From the NCBI GenBank assembly GCA_943788985.1, contig CALSSJ010000036.1:1-64000 (forward strand): a stretch of DNA of 64,000 nt, read 5' to 3'. Positions 56,277 to 64,000 of the stretch are shown piece by piece. This DNA comes from an uncultured Lentisphaerales bacterium. Lineage in GTDB: Bacteria; Verrucomicrobiota; Lentisphaeria; JABSQK01; UBA12247. The position numbers were made by a program, and so were the translations under genes. Below the pieces are notes generated by a model. That model was not told the DNA's origin and ran no database searches. It was given only the letters and a program-made list of their open reading frames with translations. Every line of letters begins with the position of its first letter. Within the stretch, counting starts at the first letter, position 1.

Positions 56277-57731
56277 TCAGGCGAGAATCTCAGGAATGAT
56301 CTCGCCATGGTCATCGGTCAGGCGGACATCGTGACCGCTGTAGCGATAGGTGAGCTTGGTATGGTTGATTCCCATGAGATGCATCATATTCGCATGCAGG
56401 TCATGCACAGTTATTTTTTTCTCAATAGCCCGGTAGCCATAGTCATCGATGGTACTGTAAATGGTGCCGCCTTTGATGCCGCCACCGGCCAGCCAGATGC
56501 TGAATCCTTGGGGGTTGTGATCACGCCCATCCTTGCCTTGGGAAAATGGAGTACGTCCAAACTCGTCGCTAAAGACGATAAGGGTGCTATCGAGCAGCCC
56601 GCGCGATTTGAGGTCTTTAATGAGACCAGCGATCGGTTGGTCGACGGTGGAGGCGTTCCGCTCATGCCCATGGATCAGATTGCCATGTTGGTCCCAGCGA
56701 TCCGCGCCCTTGTCATCGGGCATAGTGAACTCGACAAAGCCAACGCCCTGTTCCACGAGTCGGCGTGCCATCAGGCATTGGGCTCCGTAGTTGCGGGTTT
56801 GGTCATGGGGGGCGTTCATCCCGTAAAGGCTTTTTGTCGCAGCGGACTCCTTGGAAAGGTCCGAGACTTCGAGCACTTCCATCTGCATGCGGAAGGCCAG
56901 CTCGTAGTTTTGGGCGGCGGTCTGGACTTGGTCGGCATGGTGATAGTGGTTGAGCAAGTCGCGGTCGATCTTGTCAATGAAGGAGAGCTTCTTCTGTTGG
57001 AGCTCGCTGACTTTCTCCTGGGGCAGGATGTTATTCATGACCGGGTGCTTGTGCGCGATGATGGTCCCTTCGTGATTGACTGGCAGGAAGCCGCTGCCGA
57101 AGGTTGGACGAGTCCGCCAGGGGGACGAGTCCGCCAGGGGGACGAGTCCGCCGTTGATGACTACGTAGCTCCGGAGATTCTGGCTCAATGTGCCCAATCC
57201 GTAGGAGAAACAAGCACCCATGCTCGGGCGGCCGGAAAGCATATGCCCACAGTGCAGTGCGTAGTTCGCATTCGGGTGATTGGGCGAGAAGGCGGTCATG
57301 GAGCGAATGACGCAGAGGTCGTCGGCGCAAGAGCCGATGTGGGGAAAGAGGCCGCTTACTGGAAGGCCGCTCTGGCCGTAGTTCTTGAATTCCCAAGGGC
57401 TCTTGAGTAGATTTCCTTTGCTGTTGAAGACGGTGGCGTCGGTCTTGAACTTGGGGAGCTGGCCGTTCTCTTTGTCCAGCTGAGGCTTGGGGTCGAAGGA
57501 GTCTACCTGAGAGACCCCGCCATCCATATAGAGAAAGATGACGCTGCGAGCCTTCGGCGCAAAGTGCGGAATGCGCGGCGCCAGCGGCGCCAGCGGCGCC
57601 AGCGGCGCCAGCGGCGCCAGCGGCGAATCTCCAGCCAGAACGTTGCCCTGCATCAGGTTCCTCAGAGACAGCATGCCGAAGCCCATGGAGCTGCGTTTCA
57701 GGAAATCACGGCGATCGATTGACCTATTCAT
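56277..57731 (-). CDS. DUF1501 family protein with Tat signal
   Basis: DRRDFLK, AKARSVIFLYMDGGVSQVDSFDPKP, ARRLVEQGV, WDQH, EFGRTP, GRDHNP. Confidence 0.9.
   Translation of the reverse strand: MNRSIDRRDFLKRSSMGFGMLSLRNLMQGNVLAGDSPLAPLAPLAPLAPLAPRIPHFAPKARSVIFLYMDGGVSQVDSFDPKPQLDKENGQLPKFKTDATVFNSKGNLLKSPWEFKNYGQSGLPVSGLFPHIGSCADDLCVIRSMTAFSPNHPNANYALHCGHMLSGRPSMGACFSYGLGTLSQNLRSYVVINGGLVPLADSSPWRTRPTFGSGFLPVNHEGTIIAHKHPVMNNILPQEKVSELQQKKLSFIDKIDRDLLNHYHHADQVQTAAQNYELAFRMQMEVLEVSDLSKESAATKSLYGMNAPHDQTRNYGAQCLMARRLVEQGVGFVEFTMPDDKGADRWDQHGNLIHGHERNASTVDQPIAGLIKDLKSRGLLDSTLIVFSDEFGRTPFSQGKDGRDHNPQGFSIWLAGGGIKGGTIYSTIDDYGYRAIEKKITVHDLHANMMHLMGINHTKLTYRYSGHDVRLTDDHGEIIPEILA
57106..57152. repeat. 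17-bp tandem repeat GGACGAGTCCGCCAGGG (2 full + 13 bp)
   Basis: Directly visible in the sequence. Confidence 0.9.
57575..57625. repeat. 9-bp tandem repeat GCGGCGCCA x5 plus partial, encoding (PLA)5
   Basis: Directly visible in the sequence. Confidence 0.92.
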
Positions 57732-58170
57732 AGGTTAAACACGTAGATGAATTCTTTGCGGTTGATGACCACGTGGCAGAGCTCCTTCCAGGGCTCGACA
57801 CGCTGCAAGCCTTCCTCGGCGCTGATTTCCAGCATGGACGTTACTTCGCCGAGCAGAGAATGACACCAGGCAATCTCTGCATCGGTAGCCGCTCGCCCGA
57901 AAGCGTTTTGATCAGGGCCTTGGCTCACGCCTCGGCCTGTGCATGAACGAAGGGCGAATTGATCAAGGCGAGAGCTTGGCTAGGCACGTTGGTGATGTTG
58001 CGCTTTCCAGTGGCTGCGGTCGCATTAGGCATGCCAAAGACGGAGAGGAATGAGTCCAGGAAGTTGCGTCGAATGCCCAGGTAGACGGAGCGACGTCCGG
58101 CTCCATCCACAGGCCCGGATGGGGGCTTGCCGCGGGCTCCCGGTAAGTCATTTACGTAGACGTCGAGGCT
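57728..58170 (-). pseudogene. C-terminal fragment of DUF1553 (PSD1) protein
   Basis: RRSVYLGIRRNFL..FL..F..P......R..TNVPSQALALINSPFV; W.ELCHVVINRKEFIYV. Internal stop at 57925; 5' part absent. Confidence 0.82.
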
Positions 58171-58189
58171 CGGGCCCGCCAGGGTCCGC

Positions 58190-58335
58190 TTCAGGCCTGC
58201 CAGAATTCTATCCCGGTAGGGCGCTTTGGCCAAGCTGGCGATGTGGCTACGACGGCAGCGTTTCTCTGTGACCCTGCGTCTTCGTTTCTCACTGGGCAAA
58301 CTCTCTGCGTAAATGGCGGACGTTCCACCACCTAG
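58190..58335 (+). pseudogene. C-terminal fragment of SDR (FabG-like) oxidoreductase
   Basis: Manual translation [41 protein letters not shown]; not in the ORF track. Confidence 0.8.
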
Positions 58336-58405
58336 CGGTGCGCCAAGCGCTTGAAGGGCGCATGTTGTAAAATGCGCAAATGGAGACGGTTGGCAGCCTT
58401 TGCCA

Positions 58406-59794
58406 CTACGCTAAGTCCGACAGGCTTCTGCTAGGAGCCTGTGGTGCTACGCCAACCGGTCCCCCGGCCACAGGCTTCGGGCGCGTCGAATATCCGGGAA
58501 GGGACTTGCTGTAATCCGCGATCTGGACCGCGAGCTCCCTCGCCAGGGTAGGCTTGTCGGCCCACAGATCGCGCGTCTGTGCCGCATCTGTAAAGGTATC
58601 ATAGAGAGCCTGCTGACCGGTGACTGGGTTTTGCAGCAGCATGTACTCTTCGTGCCGGATCCCCAGCATCGGCCAGCCCGCGATGGCTTCGTCGTTGCCG
58701 CTGCAGTCTGCATTGCGCGACTCCCACATCATCGGCAAGCCACGCTTGAACTCCTCACCATGGAGGGCTGGCAGGGCACTGACGCCATCTGGGATCCAGT
58801 GAAACGGCATCGAGATGCCAGCCGCATCAAGCAAGGTCGGCACGAGATCAACCGCAGAGATCCAGGTGTCGTCGATCACGCGATCCGCTGGCGTATGTCC
58901 AGGCCAGCGCACGATGAACGGGACTCGGATCCCCCCATCGAACAGCACGTGCTTCTGACCGCGCAGACCACCGGTAGTGCCGAAGGTACCGTGCTCCAGC
59001 ATCGTGCGCTCCGGGCCGTTGTCACTGGTGAATACGACCAGCGTATTCTCTGCGACGCCCAATTCATCCAGCGCCTCCATCAGTCGCCCGATCTGTCGGT
59101 CAGCATTGTGGATCACAGAGTAGTAGGTCTGCTGTGGTTCCGGAAGGTGCTTGAAGGGCTCACGTTGCTCCTCCGTGGGATGCAGCGGCGTGTGCGGATC
59201 CTTGAGCCAGAGGTTGATGAAAAAGGGCCGATCTGAGTCCTCGTTGATGAAATCGATAGTGGAATCGACGACCATCCGGCTGGAGTTGGCAGCCCAGACG
59301 GGATCAGAGTCATTGAACAACGTGTGGGGCCAGGGCGTGGTCTCATGCCAGGTCGGGCCATTGCCGTTCCAAGTCCGGGTATCGTCGTAGCCGTAGTCCT
59401 TGACGAAAGGCGCGTCCGGATGGCCATGAATGCCACCACCACCACCGAGATGCCACTTGCCATAGTGGGCAGTGCGGTAGCCGTGGGTCTGCATCAATCG
59501 CGGCAATGAGGGAGCATCGGCATTCAACCAGTGTGGCATATGTCTGGAGGTGTTGGCATCATGGCGTGCAAAGTGTGCGTGCACCTCCCAGCGCCCGGGA
59601 TAATGGCCGGTCATGAAACTGCAGCGGCTCGGTGAACAAACGCAGCTGGCGACGTAGAAACGGGTGTAGCGCGAGCCTTGCGAGGCGAGCTTGTCGAGGC
59701 ACGGGGTCTGAATGGTCTCGTTGCCGTAGCAACCCAGGTCGCCGTACCCCCAGTCGTCAGCCAGGATGAAGAGAATATTGGGAGGGTCTGTCAT
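58406..59794 (-). CDS. Formylglycine-type sulfatase (no signal peptide)
   Basis: MTDPPNILFILADDWGYGD, CSPSRCSFMTG, GKWHLG, FTSDNGP, DGGIRVP. Confidence 0.93.
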   Translation of the reverse strand: MTDPPNILFILADDWGYGDLGCYGNETIQTPCLDKLASQGSRYTRFYVASCVCSPSRCSFMTGHYPGRWEVHAHFARHDANTSRHMPHWLNADAPSLPRLMQTHGYRTAHYGKWHLGGGGGIHGHPDAPFVKDYGYDDTRTWNGNGPTWHETTPWPHTLFNDSDPVWAANSSRMVVDSTIDFINEDSDRPFFINLWLKDPHTPLHPTEEQREPFKHLPEPQQTYYSVIHNADRQIGRLMEALDELGVAENTLVVFTSDNGPERTMLEHGTFGTTGGLRGQKHVLFDGGIRVPFIVRWPGHTPADRVIDDTWISAVDLVPTLLDAAGISMPFHWIPDGVSALPALHGEEFKRGLPMMWESRNADCSGNDEAIAGWPMLGIRHEEYMLLQNPVTGQQALYDTFTDAAQTRDLWADKPTLARELAVQIADYSKSLPGYSTRPKPVAGGPVGVAPQAPSRSLSDLA

Positions 59795-59864
59795 CGTGCA
59801 TTCCGGGGAGTTGATAGCGCTGGAAAAAGGAGAGATGGGCGCACTGCTGCCAAAGACCTGGCAG

Positions 59865-60668
59865 CTATTCGCGGACGGCGTCCCACATCGTGTCGCGAAC
59901 GTTGCCTGTACTCGCCAGGTCACCGGCGGCGGTTTCAAGCGTCTGGTAAAAGGACAGCCATTCGACATGCCCGTCGAGTATGAGGTAATTGGAGCCTTTG
60001 GCCCCATGATGTCCCAACTGGGCTAGGGAGCTTTCAACGCCAGAAGGCTGGTCCGTACTCGTCCAATACCGGCCTAAGCTTTTTTGCGCACGCCATTGCT
60101 CTAGGATTCCGATCGAATCGCTTGGCGACGGTGTGATATCGATGCGAAGCGAGAACGGCGTGGCGGTCCGGGTCGCGTTATTACGGCCTGAAATCCCACG
60201 GGTACTGCCATAGATGTTACCTCTGCCCTTGGCGAGGAAACTGATCGTGTACGAGTTGGCAAGACAGTCTGGATCAGAGCCGTAAAATCTCGCTACGTCG
60301 TCTGACGGGCATCGGTAGATGGAACGATCCTTCCAGCCAGCGCTGCGACGTAATACATTCTGGTCTTGGTCCGCTCTCGTCAGACCACGGCCGTCGTAAT
60401 CCCCGAGTTTGTCATCCCACGAATGATGCGGGTAGGGACCGGGAAAGGCGGGACTCCAGGTCGTCGGCGCATAGCCGCCATTGTCATCGTTATACATGGC
60501 CATCGATAACCCGATCTGATACAGGTTGTTCTTGCAGGCCGTGATCCTGCCTTTCTCCTTTGACTTGGTCAAAGCAGGCAGCAACAGCGCGGCTAGAATT
60601 GAGATGATCGCAATCACCACCAATAACTCGATGAGCGTGAACCTGGTGTCAGCGCGAGCGAGCGGCAT
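59865..60668 (-). CDS. Prepilin-type N-terminal cleavage / H-X9-DG (DUF1559-like) protein
   Basis: [56 protein letters not shown]. Confidence 0.92.
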   Translation of the reverse strand: MPLARADTRFTLIELLVVIAIISILAALLLPALTKSKEKGRITACKNNLYQIGLSMAMYNDDNGGYAPTTWSPAFPGPYPHHSWDDKLGDYDGRGLTRADQDQNVLRRSAGWKDRSIYRCPSDDVARFYGSDPDCLANSYTISFLAKGRGNIYGSTRGISGRNNATRTATPFSLRIDITPSPSDSIGILEQWRAQKSLGRYWTSTDQPSGVESSLAQLGHHGAKGSNYLILDGHVEWLSFYQTLETAAGDLASTGNVRDTMWDAVRE

Positions 60669-60967
60669 AGAGGACTCTCATTACGGGAAGGTGGGGCACT
60701 GCCGCAAAGACTTGCGGAGACGATCAGACAGTAGTGCAATTCACGGAATTGTGCAATCGCTTCAACGTCGAGGCCGCGCTCTCGCGAGTTTCGCTCCGTC
60801 TGAACAAGCCGATGGATGAAGTGCCATCGTCTACGGGGCTATTCACCCAACTTGTCAGACTCAGATCCGCTGGTGCGACCGGTTCGGGCATAGGCACGGC
60901 TTTTAGCACATCTCCTCGTCCTCTCGGAACCACGAGGAACAATGACAGCCAGCGAGAAACTCCACCG

Positions 60968-63769
60968 TCAGGCGGTGTAGCCTCCGCATCGTTTCCGTCG
61001 ATCACGCACGAAATTTACCAGCAAAACTGCTGGAAGCAACAGCCACATTGGTGGCGCGGGAGTGGTGAAGCCCAGTCCTGAGTCGCCTTTCAGTCGTTGT
61101 TTGTGCATGCGCTCCAGCATCTTCCATTGTGCGCTGTTCTCGACGACAATGTAGGACGACATCGGCACCATAATCCCGGTTTCCTGGCTTCTTTTCACGA
61201 ACTGCGCCAGGGTTTCCTCGGCTTCGGCCGGGTTTCTGCGGGCTTGCGAACTCCGCAACCAGAGGCCAAGGCTGTCGAGGTACGCCTGCTCCGTCACTTG
61301 CTCACTGGCAACCGGGGAAAATGCCCCTGTCTTCCCGTCATACACCTCCAACGGCCCGGGGGTAGTGCCGGGAAAACGCAGGAGGGAGTCGGTGGCATCT
61401 GCGCGCAGCACCCTGACCACGCCATTCATCCGCAGCGCGATCGCGGCGTTCACCAGGCTTTCCGGCTCAGCGTACAGCGTACCCACTTCGGCCCAACCCC
61501 GCTCGATCTTGGTGCCGTCCATAGGAAACAGCACCGGGTAGCTACGCCATTGTTCATCGTCGCCTGCCTCACGGGTGCGTTGCCACAGCGCGCGGCCAAT
61601 CGCATGCGGCATGCAACTTCCGCCAGCAACCGGCAGCCAGCACTGCTCGAGCGTTCGGGTGAGATCATCCGTTACCTCGAGGTCCTGCGCCTGATAGTTC
61701 ACTGCGGTCATCCGGAGATCATCAGTCTCCAGGCGCGTCATTATCTCCGAAATCCGCGCAGTCTCCTCCGCCGAGGTTGGCTTGTTCCAAGGGACGAATG
61801 CGTGGACGTACGGCCTCGGCTCAAAACGAGGCAGGCCAGTAAGCACCTCCGCGTTAAGCTGGACAAAGCTCTGCCCAGATGCTGCCCCGGTCAGCGCCGT
61901 CTGCTTGCCACCAAAGGATAATGCCCGCTCGCCGAGATATACCGTGACGGCCCGCCCCGCAGCTGGCGCAAACTCAATGTGCACGGTCCGAATCTCCTCT
62001 ATCGCAAAGGGATAGACGCGGAAATCCAACTGCGTGGGACTGTCGTAGCGCAGGAGTCCTGGATCCCGGCGCTCGACGTCCCGGATCTGCTTGTAGATTG
62101 CCGTCGCCGCACTGCGCTCGAAGATGCGCCCTGGCACGAGCTCCTCGCCCACCTCAAGTGCGAAGTCCGCAATCAGCACTCCCTCTGGAACGCGAAGCTT
62201 GGTTTCATACTCCGATCGATTGCCACCATCATTCCGCAGCAAGATCTTGTAGCGCACATTGGAATCTCCTCGCTGTGCCGGAATGCGCTCGATCTGGTGC
62301 AACACGACGTTCCGCTCCGGAGGCCTCACCGTCCAGCGTGCCTTGGGCTTGCTCTCTAGGCCTTCACCAAAGAACGCTTTGAAGAGTGCCGCGCTCCGTG
62401 CAGCAGACAGTACCATCCCATCAAAAACGATCTTCTGGCGGAGCGGATCGATCAATGGCACCCGGTCCTTATGTGAGCGCGTATGGCCCGATTTCAAAAC
62501 GGAACGGAGCAGTCGGTGTGAGCCTTGAAACTGCAGCGTCTTGGAGTAGTCGGGGCAGCTGTTGAAGGCAAGCGCCTGCCGCAGTACCACACGCTCGGCA
62601 TACAGCGTGCCAATCACACCTAGTGGAGCAACAGAAACGCCAACCGCGACGACCGTCAAAGCTACCGCCCTGCTCAAATTTTCAGAGACTGCCCGAATGT
62701 CTTCGAGAAGCAGCCCGAGGTGAAAGATAAACAAGAGGAGCGGAAATAGCAGCAAAACTCCCAGCCCCACGACTAGGCCCAGCACACCAACAGGAACGAA
62801 CGGCAGGAAGACCACAAAGAAGTACAGGGTGTACGGGAAGCAGACCGCTCGCACCGCCAGAATGCCCAGCCGGAAGCGCTTGCCACAAGCCTTGGCTGGC
62901 ATGACAACTGCGATGCCAGTTACGATGGCAAAGGCGTAGAACCATAGGCTTTGAAAGTTTCCAGGAAGCGGGATGACTGCATTCAACGCCAGTCCTGCTA
63001 GCGGGCCCACTAGCCCAATAACGATACCGGCCCCGGCCGCGACCAGAGCGCCGCACTTCCCCTTACTTTTGAATCGGATCCAGCCCATCAAACGAAGGAT
63101 GAGGATCATCTCCAGTGTCACGAAGGAGCAGCAAAGCAGAACAGCAACGGCCCCATCGAGGCGGCCGCCCCAGCTTGAGGCAAGGGAAACTACCACATAG
63201 CTGGTCAACGGCAAAGAGATTGCGCTTACCACGCAGACCCCAACGTCAACTGCAACAGGCTTTCCCGCATCGCGGCAGCTTAGCCAAACAAGGGCGTAGA
63301 GAATCCCGGGCATCGCTAGGCCAATACCCGAGACTTGGATCGAACCGGCGGACAGCATCCAGCGCGGAACGTTCCCGGTCACAAGTTCGTCAGCGGCGTA
63401 GAAGAGCAAGACGACGTGGCAGATCTGAATCATAAGAAGACCGACACAGGACCATATGCTCGGTGTGAAGGTCCGTGTTGGGGAGGAATCTTCCATATCC
63501 TCCCCCTCTACAGCAGCACTACGCGACAACCAGCCCGCGCGGGCCTGCCAGTAAACAGCAGAAAACGCGATGAGCACCAACCCTTGCATCACCATCACAC
63601 TGGCACCGAGCAGGGTCTCCGTCTCCGTGAGCTCACCAATGATCAGGTCCCCGTGATAGGTGAGTAGCGCCAGACTCGCGATGCTTGGCACAAGTCCGGC
63701 CCACACCACTAGGGCGGGATGCCGTAACACCGGGGGAATAAGATTACTTCGTGACTCAGCGGCTTGCAT
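60968..63769 (-). CDS. MSEP-CTERM-like multi-TM protein with VIT-like domain
   Basis: About 11 TM helices; PYTLYFFVVFLPF; VPGRIFERSAA..IY.QIR..RRDPGLL..RVYPF; SYIVVENSAQ; C-terminal TPAP-TM-basic tail. Confidence 0.78.
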   Translation of the reverse strand: MQAAESRSNLIPPVLRHPALVVWAGLVPSIASLALLTYHGDLIIGELTETETLLGASVMVMQGLVLIAFSAVYWQARAGWLSRSAAVEGEDMEDSSPTRTFTPSIWSCVGLLMIQICHVVLLFYAADELVTGNVPRWMLSAGSIQVSGIGLAMPGILYALVWLSCRDAGKPVAVDVGVCVVSAISLPLTSYVVVSLASSWGGRLDGAVAVLLCCSFVTLEMILILRLMGWIRFKSKGKCGALVAAGAGIVIGLVGPLAGLALNAVIPLPGNFQSLWFYAFAIVTGIAVVMPAKACGKRFRLGILAVRAVCFPYTLYFFVVFLPFVPVGVLGLVVGLGVLLLFPLLLFIFHLGLLLEDIRAVSENLSRAVALTVVAVGVSVAPLGVIGTLYAERVVLRQALAFNSCPDYSKTLQFQGSHRLLRSVLKSGHTRSHKDRVPLIDPLRQKIVFDGMVLSAARSAALFKAFFGEGLESKPKARWTVRPPERNVVLHQIERIPAQRGDSNVRYKILLRNDGGNRSEYETKLRVPEGVLIADFALEVGEELVPGRIFERSAATAIYKQIRDVERRDPGLLRYDSPTQLDFRVYPFAIEEIRTVHIEFAPAAGRAVTVYLGERALSFGGKQTALTGAASGQSFVQLNAEVLTGLPRFEPRPYVHAFVPWNKPTSAEETARISEIMTRLETDDLRMTAVNYQAQDLEVTDDLTRTLEQCWLPVAGGSCMPHAIGRALWQRTREAGDDEQWRSYPVLFPMDGTKIERGWAEVGTLYAEPESLVNAAIALRMNGVVRVLRADATDSLLRFPGTTPGPLEVYDGKTGAFSPVASEQVTEQAYLDSLGLWLRSSQARRNPAEAEETLAQFVKRSQETGIMVPMSSYIVVENSAQWKMLERMHKQRLKGDSGLGFTTPAPPMWLLLPAVLLVNFVRDRRKRCGGYTA

Positions 63770-64000
63770 GGCTACCCCTCGTCATCACCAGTGCACTCAG
63801 CGCGGCAAAGCCACAGAGAAATACCGCGCATCCCGTAAGTAGATGAACGCCCGAGAAGAATCGCTCCGGCAGGAACCCGCCGGTTCCCGTGTGCACGTAG
63901 AATAGCGCTACGATGCGCATCGCATTGACCGTCACGGTCACTGCCAAGGCGATCGGCACAGCCGCAGCACACCGCGTGAGCCCAGGCAATGACTTCCAGC
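63756..64000 (-). CDS. Exosortase (XrtK-like), C-terminal part
   Basis: VNAMRI and H...G exosortase catalytic Arg/His motifs; stop overlaps the start of the CTERM-tagged gene. Confidence 0.72.
   Translation of the reverse strand, partial: WKSLPGLTRCAAAVPIALAVTVTVNAMRIVALFYVHTGTGGFLPERFFSGVHLLTGCAVFLCGFAALSALVMTRGSHASR

Noticed and set aside
57106..57625. CRISPR array
   Set aside because: The repeats are short, contiguous, lack spacers and lie inside a CDS; no cas genes in the window.

Overview
GC-rich bacterial chromosomal window, most likely from the PVC superphylum (Lentisphaerae/Kiritimatiellae/Planctomycetota-like). This is inferred from DUF1501/DUF1553, planctomycete cytochrome c, H-X9-DG prepilin-like proteins and multiple sulfatases. 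Many genes are split by single-base indels in patches, consistent with an imperfect long-read consensus, and several others are truly truncated remnants. From left to right: hoxU/hoxF (NAD-linked hydrogenase diaphorase); an amino-sugar cluster (ROK regulator, ROK kinase, PIG-L deacetylase, nagB, truncated NahK-like kinase); an unexplained ~330-nt highly structured putative ncRNA with terminator; a HEAT-repeat orphan; yggS; a two-gene vWA/beta-propeller (bpX) ternary conflict module lacking its MoxR, divergent from a Bat operon also lacking MoxR; a phosphomannomutase; an aldo-keto reductase; a PilB/GspE ATPase-GT2-GT-C operon; a type I R-M system nested inside the remains of another; pgm; a secreted esterase and a giant sulfatase sharing a circularly permuted beta-sandwich domain; a decaying IS/GH116/DUF1501/DUF1553 island; a second sulfatase; and an exosortase K/MSEP-CTERM-like pair. 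All family assignments come from motif recognition by eye, without database searches.
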